A stretch of 58,331 nucleotides of DNA from Octopus bimaculoides (taxonomy: Eukaryota): NCBI RefSeq assembly GCF_001194135.2, contig NC_068982.1:166128017-166186347 (forward strand), read 5' to 3'. The position numbers and the translations under genes are program-made. The notes under the pieces were generated by a model. That model saw nothing but the letters and a program-made list of their open reading frames with translations. It was not told the DNA's origin and ran no database searches. The number at the start of each line of letters is the position of its first letter. The first letter of the stretch is position 1. Below, piece by piece: positions 24,008 to 37,260 of the stretch.

Positions 24008-24839
24008 CGTGCAATGGGTAAATTATTGCCATTTTATCTTTTTTATTTCGCGCATGCGCATTGTTTACTTTTGATTTTGTCGACTACAGAAGATAGTAGG
24101 GTCAGTTGGGCACTATCTGTGAGAAAAACAACACCATGACGCAATTCACTCTGCCAGAAATTTGGGAACAATATGCTGTACTGCTTGACATTCGCGCCGG
24201 AAGTTCCAATATGAACATTTCAAATTGCTTGGGTGTCAATCTGAGGGCATATACTGAGAGTGATAAAAATGAAACATCCAGTCAACATCATGGTATTTGG
24301 AGTGATCTTCCTACACAGCCTCAGACTCAACACAGAAACCTACATCAAGTACCTGGAAGTGTTGGTGCTGCCTTGGATCAAGATGTTGGCTGCTGGAAGA
24401 GCCTATGTCTGGCAACAGGACTCTGCACCATGCCACACAAACAGAACTCAGTCATGGCTGTCAGACAATTTCAGTAACCACATCAACCCTAACATCTGGC
24501 CACCTAACTCCTCAGACAGCTACCTCCTTGATTATTATGTATGGGGCGTAGTTGAGCGAGAGACCACCAAAACTCTTTGTAACACCAAAGATGACCTGAA
24601 GGCAAGGATTGTGATCATTCACCAACTTAAACAAAGAGACCATCCAAAAGAGTAGTTGGAGATTCCGAAGTTGTTTGGAGGTCGTAGTTGAAGCAAATTG
24701 TGATTGTATTGAATAAATTTACTCTTTAGTATTTCAAGATATTTTTATGTAATTTTGCTAATGATATGTATTAAAATGAGATGTCAGTGTTATTTTCATT
24801 TTTGCGTAATTTAGACGACAATATATTCACCGCACCCTA
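24005..24839 (+). mobile_element. Internally deleted DD37D (maT-type) Tc1/mariner transposon
   Basis: Imperfect TIRs (cagcgtgcaatgggtaaatt / aatatattcaccgcaccct) after TA. ORF 24260-24655 has YVWQQDSAPCH...WPPNSSD..LLDYYVWG; D-D spacing is 36, one codon short of 37. Confidence 0.85.
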
Positions 24840-24884
24840 ATTTATTTACAATTTACAATATTTAATCTTGTTAATGCTCGAACT

Positions 24885-25325
24885 GTCTTCCAGTGTCAAG
24901 TGCACTGTCCAGTGAAGGTGTTGTAGAACCGGTTTTCCTTGATGAAATAATAGTAACTATTACCTGAAAATGTTGCGCGACAAGGTACTTCCACAACTCA
25001 CATCCAGAATTAATTTCTCCAAACTGTTTTTCCAATAAGATAGAGCACCTCGTCATTATTCATCGGCAGTAAGGGTCTACCTTGATAGCACCTTCCCACA
25101 ACATTTTATTGGATGACATGACAACATCGAATGACCAACACATTCATCGAACTTAACACCGATTGCCTTCTTTGTGAGGGGCGGAGTGAAGAATAATATC
25201 TATGAGAGAAAGGCCCAGACGGTAGACGAAGTATTTATTGACATAGATGCAGATCGGAATTTGTGTCTTACTTTTATTGTATGTCGCAGTTTGGAAGAGA
25301 TCTGAGGAATGTTTCACAGTCGATA
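24885..25325 (+). mobile_element. DD41D (rosa/Visitor-type) transposase C-terminal fragment, degraded
   Basis: FFQ*DRAPRHYSSAVRVYLDSTFPQHFIG*HDNIE*PTHSSNLTPIAFF; 41 residues lie between the second D and the position of the third D (here A). Confidence 0.72.
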
Positions 25326-25941
25326 TATATGTAGTAATTTTTTTTTAAATTCACAGCTCAGTGGAGCAATCTTGGTACTCCGTTCTCTTTGACTGTGAGT
25401 TCAAGTCTACACATACACACTTCTCACTGATATCAAAATGATGTTGTGTAGTAGAGCATATTATGATTTGTTAGAGCTCTACCGACGCAGAATAATATTG
25501 TTGATAGATTATGTATTCGATTTCCTTCCACAATTTTGTTTACTTCTTGGCGTAAAGATAAAAGTAATAGATAAGACTCTCGGGGTAGAGAAGGCGATAT
25601 ATGTATGACAAAGAATATAGTTTATGAAGTTTTCAGTGATGTTTTCTCCTAAGACTTCACTTTCAGTGCTCCCATGAGGACTTTGAACAATCTCCACAAT
25701 CAAACAAACTCGTCTGGAAACTAATTACGTATTTCATTGTTCTCATGCAGTCTATTAGTTTTGAAAATAATCATAGAATTTTCTCGGGCACTGTTGGTAT
25801 TATTTTTAAACTTAAATACGAAGATACAAGCATAAAATAAGAAACTAAGAAACAGTCAAAACAAGGATGAATACACGTGTATTACTGAATGTGTTTGTGT
25901 TACATATGTATGTGCGTGCGCGTATGTCTGTGTACATAAGC

Positions 25942-25981
<40 letters not shown>

Positions 25982-27530
25982 CAGAGGATGTTGCAACCGT
26001 TACCAATATAGCATAAGAAATAAATAAATCGATCTTGGATATATCGAGTTTGAAGTTTCTATTTCTTTTAAATATACGAATTTAAAAGTTAAAANNNNNN
26101 NNNNNNNNNNNNNNNNNNNNNNNNNNNNNNNNNNNNNNNNNNNNNNNNNNNNNNNNNNNNNNNNNNNNNNNNNNNNNNNNNNNNNNNNNNNNNNNNNNNN
26201 NNNNNNNNNNNNNNNNNNNNNNNNNNNNNNNNNNNNNNNNNNNNNNNNNNNNNNNNNNNNNNNNNNNNNNNNNNNNNNNNNNNNNNNNNNNNNNNNNNNN
26301 NNNNNNNNNNNNNNNNNNNNNNNNNNNNNNNNNNNNNNNNNNNNNNNNNNNNNNNNNNNNNNNNNNNNNNNNNNNNNNNNNNNNNNNNNNNNNNNNNNNN
26401 NNNNNNNNNNNNNNNNNNNNNNNNNNNNNNNNNNNNNNNNNNNNNNNNNNNNNNNNNNNNNNNNNNNNNNNNNNNNNNNNNNNNNNNNNNNNNNNNNNNN
26501 NNNNNNNNNNNNNNNNNNNNNNNNTAGATAAATATATATATGTATATATGTGTGTGTGTGTGTGTATGTACACATATATCTATACATACATAAATGTATA
26601 CATATATCTATATATAAAATATGTATATATATTTATACACATATATTTATAAATACATATGTACGTCTATTACATGCACACACTAACACTCACATACACA
26701 CACACACACTCACATACATACAAACATACATACACACGCATACATTCATTCAAATCCACGGACACGCACACACAAAAACCCATATCCATACATACATACA
26801 TACATACATACATACATACATACATACATACATACATAACTAACATAATATGTGTATACGATGTATGTGTCGTACCTACACCATCGCCATCACCAGCCTG
26901 GCTTCGTTTTCGTAAGATGATCGAAGAGTTGCTGCTAAATGACGTTTGAGTGTGGGTAGACAGCTTTATTTAGCATACATCATCTGTTAATCGATAGGTT
27001 TTGATCCCTAAAATCTTGTGTCTAATCTCAATTCTCATGACCTCGAATTCTCTCTGGTTCAAATGTTATTTTCTGATCTAGACCTTTTATATCTGTTTCA
27101 TGTTTACTAATACCAGCCAATAGTTTGCTACTATTTTCGCTTTTATTCTTGTTAATTATTGGCAACATCTACTAATTTGTAGGTACCAGTTTAATGATCG
27201 TATAATCATATTTCATTTTTGAGACTTATAATTTGAAACTGAAACGTATGACAGTAAAAATAATCCTTAGTTTGATATTGTGGTATAAAAAGAAGAATTG
27301 ATTTCTTTATGAATGATATTCTTTGTGGTTTTTATATCTTTACAAAATTTCAATGTCTATTATATTCATTTAAGTTTTATAATACAAGACTGCCATTGCC
27401 CTCTGACGTAGACTGTAACACTTTTAAATTGCTCCCAAAATGAATATTTTTTCTTATTAACCTTTTAACAATGAACTCGGTATAATAGACCTTTCAAAAT
27501 ATCAGCGATAAAACATTTTGTCTGTCCTTG

Positions 27531-27609
<79 letters not shown>

Positions 27610-30600
27610 NNNNNNNNNNNNNNNNNNNNNNNNNNNNNNNNNNNNNNNNNNNNNNNNNNNNNNNNNNNNNNNNNNNNNNNNNNNNNNNNNNNNNNNNNNN
27701 NNNNNNNNNNNNNNNNNNNNNNNNNNNNNNNNNNNNNNNNNNNNNNNNNNNNNNNNNNNNNNNNNNNNNNNNNNNNNNNNNNNNNNNNNNNNNNNNNNNN
27801 NNNNNNNNNNNNNNNNNNNNNNNNNNNNNNNNNNNNNNNNNNNNNNNNNNNNNNNNNNNNNNNNNNNNNNNNNNNNNNNNNNNNNNNNNNNNNNNNNNNN
27901 NNNNNNNNNNNNNNNNNNNNNNNNNNNNNNNNNNNNNNNNNNNNNNNNNNNNNNNNNNNNNNNNNNNNNNNNNNNNNNNNNNNNNNNNNNNNNNNNNNNN
28001 NNNNNNNNNNNNNNNNNNNNNNNNNNNNNNNNNNNNNNNNNNNNNNNNNNNNNNNNNNNNNNNNNNNNNNNNNNNNNNNNNNNNNNNNNNNNNNNNNNNN
28101 NNNNNNNNNNNNNNNNNNNNNNNNNNNNNNNNNNNNNNNNNNNNNNNNNNNNNNNNNNNNNNNNNNNNNNNNNNNNNNNNNNNNNNNNNNNNNNNNNNNN
28201 NNNNNNNNNNNNNNNNNNNNNNNNNNNNNNNNNNNNNNNNNNNNNNNNNNNNNNNNNNNNNNNNNNNNNNNNNNNNNNNNNNNNNNNNNNNNNNNNNNNT
28301 ATATATATATATACATATATATACAAGCATTCGACTAAGGACGAATTAAAATAAGCTGGCGTGTGTGGAAATAAAGCCTATTTTGCCTTGAATAGGATAT
28401 AGGTCTGTGGCTAAATGCTCTAAAATTATTTGTATTGTTTTCCAAGATGGATTCGAACCAGAAGTATATACGCTGGCTATAATAAAGATTTTGACCATTC
28501 AGCAAACTCTAATACTAAATATAATATTCACCTTAAAATCAACAAATACTACATCCAAACTTACGTCTATTTGCATAGGTTTTGGTTGAGGGAATAGTTC
28601 ATTATTTTTACTTCAGTACTTTGAGGCCAAGAAACGATGAAAAGCAACATCTACGTCAATGTGATTCAAAACTTGAAAGGTAGAATTTAATACCAGTTTG
28701 TCCATCGCTCGGCCTATTCCGAAAATCTACCATTCTGAATTTTTCAGAAATTTCTAAAAATGAAAAGACTGTACCTTGTGGAAAGCCGTGATACGATTCC
28801 TGCTTCAGAGAACTCATTAACACCCACACCCCTTTACTTATTCGACCATTGTACTTTTCTCAGCATCCGGCTATAAATAAACATTGTTATTTTCCTTGAC
28901 TGGACCGCATAATCCAATCAAAGTGTGTATCTGTGTGTGGTATATCTGGGTGTGCTATACGTGTGTGTGTGTATGTGATGTATGTGTATGCGAGTTATGT
29001 GTATCGTTTTGGAAAAAACACTTTTATGAAGTAATTTTTTTTTTCTCTAAACCAAGAAAAATCTAAAACTTTTAGATTTAATATGAAGATATATTGATGT
29101 AAGGAATTATACATTTTGGAGTCATAAACTGTAAAGAATTATTGCCTGCGAATCAAATGATCACGTCACTAGACTGTGAAGATGATGTTTCTCTTTAAAT
29201 GTTTTACTGAATGTTTAAACACTTCTCTTATCTAAATGTATTATTATTTACTTTTCAAAAGTTATTTAGATGTAACATACCTTTCCTTTCATACTAAATT
29301 TAGTCTGGCAACCTTTTTTATATAACAAGCTATAAATCAGAACGTGATTTGTTGTTATTGTTTTTTTTTTGCGTTGTTGTTTACTTTTTTCTTTTCTTTT
29401 GTATTTCATTCGGAGACACTCATTTCGGATAAGGTTATTCCACAGTATCAAGAAGATTTCAGCAAGTGCTTTGTTTATCATTTTGGATTTGTGATCTCTC
29501 ATCGAGACTGCTTGCTAATATTGTTTGTACACCGGTTGAATATTTTCATATGCACTTCAGACAGCTCATAGTTATAATTGACTCTCTCCTTGTCTGTAGA
29601 TGTACAGGAAATATATAATGGCTACATATTATCAGACAGTAGTCGACACTACAATCATATGAACATCGGTAAAAATTTCAGCTCTAATTTATGATTCTTT
29701 ATTCTTATTAACCGATCAAGCCTTCATAAAACCCAAACCATTTGAAATGGTTTTAATTTGTTTTGTTTTAAATGTGAAGAATGACGCCGATATCTTCCGG
29801 GTATATTTTCAAGATAACTATGAAATATTGATTTCTCCACTTCTTTAAAATGTTCTTGTTTCACTATAGAAATCAACAAGATGGATTGTGGTCTGTTTGT
29901 AAATTTAATTTCAGTACTATGCTAATTTTTTACTTAACTGGAAACTGATCGTATAAAATATTTAACAATTTCAATCTAACTCTGTCATTAAATGCTGAGA
30001 AATATAGACACAATGGTGACGGTACGTTTTGACAGTTAAGAAATTCGCTTCGTTACCACGTATTGCGTACTTTCCCACCGTACTGTCCCTTAGGCGGTGT
30101 CTTCTAATGTAGCCACAGCTTGATGAATTTCTTGTGGATGAAAAATCATAGATGAATACAGTGCGAATGGCAGTTTTGTGTGCGCTTGTGTATTGTCTGA
30201 GCCAGAGAGCGTATCTTTCACTTATGTATATAAACGAAAATTATAAACATTGATGTAAAAACTGCAAAAACCTGTACATTAGATATTTGTTCCACGCCAA
30301 GTTACAAAGACTTCTTTGCCTCTCTCCCACCAGAAAAGCGGTGAACCAGTGAGTTGAGAATCTGTAATCAACGAAGCTATCTTGTATGAGTGTGAGTGAT
30401 TGTGTGTGCGCTCGCGCGCGTGCACAAGCGTATGTGCACACACACACATACATATATATGTAGGTATATATACACACGTACACATTAGGACTGTCACAAC
30501 AATCAATACTTTGAGAAGTTATCTTCAAGATGTCAGCGATGAAGGTAAAGGTTTAGAAAGTAACTTGCGTTGTGAAAATTAGTAAAACCGTCAGCTTTAT

Positions 30601-30625
30601 ATATGTTATGAGGTATCTTTTACTA

Positions 30626-30795
30626 ATTTTAGTCACTGGACTGCAGCCATGCTGGAGTACCACCTTCAAGGGTTAAGTCGAACAAATGGACCTCAGTATT
30701 TATTTCCAAACCCGGTACTTATTTTATTGGTATCTTTTGCCGAAACCTTAAGCTACGGGGACGTAAACAAACACCTGTTGCCAAGCGGTGGTGGT
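30626..30795 (-). mobile_element. SINE family A 3' half
   Basis: Reverse complement of the ccccgtaacttagcggttcggcaaaa...gctccagcatggc tail. Confidence 0.8.
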
Positions 30796-30969
30796 TCACA
30801 TGCGCGCGCATATATATGCACCTTAAGTAAGTTACTCAGTATTTCTACTGTTCTAACAGCAACTCTACGTTCGAAAAAATATCTTCTTACTTATATCGTA
30901 CAATACACATTTCGACGCTTCTAATAAAACTACAAATATTTGCTTGTTTATATTTATACACACATAGTT

Positions 30970-31205
30970 GATTGAGCATTTTATTTCGCGTTGCTTCAGT
31001 TCACTCAGCTGTAGAAATGATTTATGATATCACTGGTGCCAAGCTTTTGCCCTTCGGTGGAAAACATCGGTGCCGTGGAGAGGGGAGGCTGGTATGCATG
31101 GGTACCTGCTGGTCTTCTATAAGCAAATTTTCCCAGACTTGTGCTTCCGAGGGTAACTTCCTAGGTGCAATTCCATGGGCATTCATGACCAAAGAGGGTC
31201 TCTAC
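30970..31205 (+). mobile_element. SINE family C lacking the tRNA head
   Basis: Homologous to the 46998-47273 minus copy (ttcactcagctgtagaaatga...gagggtaacttcctaggtgcaattccatgg). Confidence 0.8.
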
Positions 31206-31381
31206 NNNNNNNNNNTATATATACTCACAAGGATTTGGTCGGTTCGCGGACTTGTAATACGCCATGATAAATTAAAACACAAAACCAATTTCATAATTGA
31301 AGTTCTCTTTCCTAAAATAATGAGCAGTTTGTAATCGGTTAGATTTTGGGGATCAAGTTACATAATACTTTCTTTGTACTG

Positions 31382-31590
31382 AAGGTACAAGACCTGAGAT
31401 TAGGGTAGAGGAGTGGCTAGTCGATAACATCGACCTCAGGACTTGACCAGTACTTTATTTCATCGACACTGAAAGGATGGAAAGCAGAGTTGACCCCGGC
31501 AGGATTTTAGGTCGGGACGTAAAGAATCAGAAAGAATGCCGCTAACCATTAATGTCTGACGCGTTAATGATTTTGCTCACTCGCTGCCTT
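31382..31590 (-). mobile_element. SINE family B, decayed
   Basis: gaaaggatggaaagcagagttgacc...ctcgctgcctt. Confidence 0.75.
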
Positions 31591-34392
31591 GTATCAAGTT
31601 ACATAATTCCTGCTTAAATCTATCATAAGAAATACCTTGAAATCTTTGACGATCTAGCTAACTGCTCTTTTTAATTTCTTTTTAAACTTTGAAAGTACTA
31701 TCTACATCTATATTCTTTATTCTTCAGTTTAATTTATTCTTTAAAATTTAAGATTAAATGGATGCCTGCATTTGGTTGTCTTGGGTATAGGAAAACTTTA
31801 CTCTGATACAAACATTGATTTTATAAGATAGATCTGAAGCAGGAAAATTTTCTATAATTTGAGAACGATGCATGTAAAAATAAGTTACGCGTACATTTTG
31901 GATGCAATATTAAATATAAAATCTCTACGATTATACAGAGGATAATCATGTGGTTATTGAGATATGGTGATTGTTTTGGTACAATGTTGCTAGTGACATT
32001 TTGAAAATATTAGGCGGTCACAATAATCAACTGGTGAACTGAATTTCACCATTAATGAGGCTAAATCATATTCAGAATTACAACCAGTCGCGATAACCGT
32101 AGTCAACCAATTTCTGTGAACAAAGTATTATTTAAACTCACTCTAAATTAAAGAAAGATATTATGAAATCGAAGGTTTCCAAAATTAAACTAATTCAATA
32201 CGACAATAGTATTGAGTGGATTTCCTAAACTGTGTAAAGAGGAATATAACGCATATATNNNNNNNNNNNNNNNNNNNNNNNNNNNGTAATTTGGAAAAAA
32301 TATATATATTTATGGAAAAATATCAAATAGCGGCGGTTATATATTGCTAATAGTGTATTTTTAAAGGATAGATATGTAATTCCTATATGAATATACGTCA
32401 GTAATAATCAATAAAACATTTCGTATCTATCCTCTTCCATGTTTCTCATTTATTAACTTTCAGACATGGAAAGATACTCTGGTAATTTCTTTAGACGAAG
32501 AATAGACGTTGATTTATTAAGATAGATGGCTATTTTTCACATGCGAAATCCTTGTCTCAGACTATTTGGATAATGCAGTATTTAGATGTGAATATATGGC
32601 TGCAAAATCTAAAATATCATTTTGAGAAAGATTTGTGCAGAATCTTGGCATTTCTCCTCTCAGACTATTAATAATCATTTTAATGAACAATGAGTACTCT
32701 TTTCTTTCTTGAAAGGCTCGGAAAATGGCCAAGTTCCTTTCAAAACTTCATTTAAGCTACAAATATTGATATAAATGTCAAAATCAAAGCTAAGAAAATG
32801 TTTGAACACTGGTTAAGAATATAGAGAGAAAATATATCTTTACTTTTTATTTGGGCTTTTATTAGAGACTTTTATTTGTTTCAGATCTGATAAAACATGA
32901 TTTTCAGAACTACCTTAAATCAATAAGCATCATGGCTAATTTTTACTATATTTTCTCTTGTATTACGCAAATTTAAAATCACAACAGTAACTGAATCAAT
33001 AAAATGTTGACCTACCACTCAAACAGTCTATCGCTGCATTTCTTATACGTAATCCCTAAAAACACTTAGTCCACTAGAGTATGAAAACAAGGTAGTTAGT
33101 ACCTAGTAGGGATGCGTTTTGTAGTGACTTAAACTTCATTATGTTGTGCTTCTATCTTTCTGTTGGTAAAACTCGGTGTCCTTTACATGGTGTGCATAAT
33201 TTCTCAAGTCCATGCATTGAAAACTGAGATAAGCTCTTGTAAACAGAATCATGTTTAAAATCGGATGGCATTTACGTGATTTGTACTGAATTTAAATAAA
33301 GGAAGTATAATTCCTCATGGTATACTGGTCTGAGTCAATTATTATAATTCTACAACAATTCTGTACCAAATTAAAGTCTGTACCAAATTAAAACTTTCTT
33401 CCGATTAAAGAATGATTATTTAGAATATAAAACATTTAAGATTATTGCCAAAGCTTTTCTTTTTGTTACTTCCAAGTGTTTAACAATTTTAAAATGTCTT
33501 TTTAATAATACTTCATTTAAATTGTTATTTATTGTAACTATTATTCTTTATTAGGGTTCACTTTACATTGCTAATACTTTTCAGAAAGCAACTTTCCTAT
33601 TAGAATTTGTATAACTCATGTTCATGTAATCGATAGTATGAAACCTTTGCATTTAAGATGTACATATTTTGTCATTTTGTTTTTGTTTTGTATTTTGTTT
33701 TTATGTTCTTCTTTTTTTTTACGTGTGATTCTGAGGTTATTAGTGATGGGTAGCAACGGTAAATTTATATTTTGATATCGATTTTCATCTAAGAAAAAAT
33801 CATTCATTTTACATCGCTAAGGCCTTCAGAAGGTCATAAATGTACAAAATTCTCCATTAGTTCATCCCATAAAATTGACAGACTTTTTGTGCATTTATAT
33901 AAGAAATTGTTATTATAAAAATATGTCTTAAAGACGGCTGATATAACAGGATGTTCTTGTTGAATCAGATGCACGATCTAAATTCGATTCGCAATATTAC
34001 GGCGCTTATAAATGAGAGAAAAAAAACATGAAATTAAGATCACTCCACTCCTCTTTTCCTCCACCTCAACACAAAAGAGAAACTATGCTTTGTGATTATA
34101 TAATAAGTCATTAATTGTAAAAGTTGTGCATTCAGGGAGTGTATCCGCTCTTTTGTTCAACGTGTATCGCAGAATGGTGTCATTCACAGAAAAGACATTT
34201 TGTTAATAGACTAAATCTTTGTCTTTTTATTATATATTTTTTATTGCTGTGTGACTTTTCTTCCTATTTACAGGAGTGTGTATGTGTATAAGAGGAAGTA
34301 GATGCGTGAATTTTCTGCGTGATTATGATACGTAGTTTTATGTCTATATGTCTTAAATTTTATATTTTGCATGTTGTATAAGTTCGCGAGTA

Positions 34393-34798
34393 GGCGTAGG
34401 AGTGGCTGTGTGGTAAGTAGCTTGCTTACCAACCACATGGTCCCGGGTTCAGTCCCACTGCGTGTCATCTTGGGCAAGTGTCTTCTACTATAGCCTCGGG
34501 CCGACCAAAGCCTTGTGAGTGGATTTGGTAGACGGAAACTGAAAGAAGCCCGTTGTATATATGTATATATATATGTATGTGTGTATGTGTTTGTGTGTCT
34601 GTGTTTATCCCCCCAACATCGCTTGACAACCGATGCTGGTGTGTTTATGTCCCCGTAACTTAGCGGTTCGGCAAAAATGACCGATAGAATAAGTACTAGG
34701 CTTCTAAAGAATAAGTCTTGGGGTCGATTTGCTCGACTAAAGGTGGTGCTCCAGCATGGCCACAATCAAAAGACTGAAACAAGTAAAAAAAAAGAGAG
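34393..34798 (+). mobile_element. SINE family A, full length and low divergence
   Basis: tRNA-like head with A-box TGGCTGTGTGG and B-box GGTTCAGTCC (34446-34455), internal TA/TG repeat, A-rich tail. Confidence 0.93.
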
Positions 34799-35007
34799 TA
34801 TTTCATTAGGTGTGTGATTAAATGTGTACTCTATGTCCATATGTATTTTTGTGTTTATTGCGTCGTCAATTTACACGTGTGTCTATGGTATGCTTCAATT
34901 TTACGTTGTATCACTATTATTAATATACATGTTCCGACGCACACCATTTTTATACACTTATGCTGTTGTATTTAAGTATAAACTACCTTCTTAGGAAAAC
35001 AAAACCA

Positions 35008-35190
35008 ACGAGGTGGCATCTACATGGTCGCTACACTTGATAGAAATAGTATCGAAACCATCTCAAAAACATGAATGATACAGTGTATAATGTAATCTTG
35101 TATACATTACAACTCCAAAAAAAAAAAGACAATAATCACGGCTGGAACACCTTTGATCATTGGACAGACCTGTGTTCTGAACAACAATAG
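35008..35190 (+). repeat. Dispersed repeat family F
   Basis: Similar to 3938-4157. Confidence 0.5.
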
Positions 35191-35357
35191 CAGAAAGAGT
35201 TGAACAGACGTTAATTTTACAGTGCTGCCATTATCTACGTGCAGGTAGACTCGGACATTAAGAGTTAAGTGTCTTGTATACGAAACTAAACAGACTGTTG
35301 AGTTTATATACGAGAAACGTGGGCATTGAAAACAGTGGCTGTATGTATATATATATG

Positions 35358-35365
<8 letters not shown>

Positions 35366-35448
<83 letters not shown>
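35366..35448. repeat. (GT)n microsatellite
   Basis: Directly visible. Confidence 0.97.
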
Positions 35449-35449
<1 letters not shown>

Positions 35450-35500
35450 TGTATAAGAGTAAATAAGTAAATGATACATGTATACATATGCCTGCTCTTT

Positions 35501-35675
35501 TTGCTATCGTTTGGCTCGGGTCAGCTTCGTTTAAGCAGATCAATTATCAAAGACGTCCAACATTTTTCAGATCTAATGTATTTGATATAGTTTATAGTTT
35601 ACAATGTATCATTCCCTTTTAAGATGTTATGGTAAGTTTTGGGGGAGATTTAGATGCTATTTTTAGTAAGATGAG
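35501..35675 (-). repeat. Dispersed repeat family F, inverted copy
   Basis: Reverse complement resembles 3938-4157 and 35008-35190 (ggggagatttagatgctattt vs aaatagcagccaaatctcc-type core). Confidence 0.45.
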
Positions 35676-36339
35676 AAATTAGAAAGAGGAGGTTTTCGGG
35701 TCTTATAAGCGCCATTGTTGGCTCATAGAGTCGCCTTCGTTAGCCCATAGACGTAACATCGTTGTCTCATAGACGCATAATTTGTTGGCTCGAAGATACA
35801 GTTTGCTTCCTCACATGAAGACACAATCTTCAGTAGAATTCTCTTTTGAGCCAATGGTCTGTGTAGATTATCAACTATGTCGTCTGTATGGAACCGTGCG
35901 ATCGTATAAGTTGAGTAAGAATGCGGCAATATGGTTATTTATATTTGTATATGTATGAGTTGTTACATAAATTGTGTTTATGTTCATATGTGTGATGAAA
36001 ACGGATGGAGTTCGTAATTCACCCAACAGAAACAGATGTGTGTGTAAATATGATTATGGGTGTTATATGTTGATGAGTTGTAGCTACTTACATTGTTTCG
36101 GTATGTTTCATTGCACATAGACAGTATGAGACGTACATAGACATGTATGCGTGAGTAGCTATGTATGTATGTACAGCTATGAATATCCAAAGCTATACAT
36201 ACATACATGTGAGGGATTATGAATGTATTATATGTGTGGTAATCTGTCTTGCAATTGTTGTTATGTATCTAGAATTTTTTCTTCTTTTTAGCTACGCGGT
36301 ACTAAGTACGTAAATTTAGGTGTGCGTAGTACGTAAATC

Positions 36340-36625
36340 AACGTTGAGGTCACTAAAAATGGCAACAAGAAAATTTTATCAGGTGTCATCTGGATCGGGA
36401 AAACTAAAATATCTTGAACACATTAGCAAAATAGTTTACAGAGGCTGTTAATAGAAGGCAAAATAAATAGTAAGAAAGGAAGAAAACCAAGAATTACAAG
36501 GATGAGTATCAAGAACTGGAAAGAGTTAAAATATAGCACCTTTATAATTATAGCACTAGAAACACTGAGATAACGATCAGTGCTATTCAGCTAGCTGAGA
36601 AGACGACACTTGATAATGACATTGA
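36340..36625 (+). mobile_element. RTE-clade LINE 3' end, degraded
   Basis: LQRLLIEGKINSKKGRKPR (cf. GKIEG.R.RGRPR) and terminal gagaagacgacacttgataatga, resembling RTE 3' ends with a (TGA)n tail. Confidence 0.6.
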
Positions 36626-36664
36626 ATACGTAGAAATGTGTATTTTGGGCGGGAGGATTTATGT

Positions 36665-36965
36665 TTGGTTATGTATTCGGTTCACGATCGTTAAATCATA
36701 AGTTCGATTTCAGGCTGTGCGTCGTGTCCTTGAGCAAGACACTTTATTTCAGTGCTTCCGTTCACTCAGCTGGCAAAAATGTGCTGTGCTTGTAATTCAA
36801 AAGGCTTACCTTGTCACATTCTGTGTCACGCTGAATTTCACTGAGAACTGCGTTAAGGGAATGCGTGTCTGTGGAGCGCTTAGCTACTTTCAGGTTAATT
36901 TCACGAACAGCTGTTCCGTTGATTGGATCAACTGGAACCTTCATCGTTGTAACCAACGAAGTGCT
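36665..36965 (+). mobile_element. SINE with C-type head/central domain and D-type 3' body
   Basis: gtgtccttgagcaagacactttatttca...ttcactcagctg followed by cttgtcacattctgtgtcacgctgaat...ggatcaactggaacc, shared with the 47463 and 56627 copies. Confidence 0.85.
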
Positions 36966-36974
36966 ATGCGTTGA

Positions 36975-37260
36975 TGGGGGAGAGCGGAGACACAGTGTGC
37001 CGGCAGATCAAATTTTGGATTGCGTTTGATAAGTGGTTCCTCGACAATTAGCCGTTGGCTTTCTTTGAGATGCAGTATGATATATTTTTGCGTATTGTAA
37101 CAGTGTTGTTTGGGCCTTACTTGGATTTTGTAAAGTGTCGACAATTGTTCGAGGACGAAGTATTTCCCAGCTTTGTATTACCTAGTGTTCACTGGGGACT
37201 TTAAACCTTAACTGGCGGCATATTCAGGAGTTTGGTTGAATAAGTCGTCAGTTAACATGA
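36975..37260 (-). mobile_element. CR1/L2-group LINE post-RT fragment
   Basis: AGKYFVLEQLSTLYKIQVRPK...SQRLI (cf. LYKAQVRP..EY...A.RLI). Confidence 0.6.
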
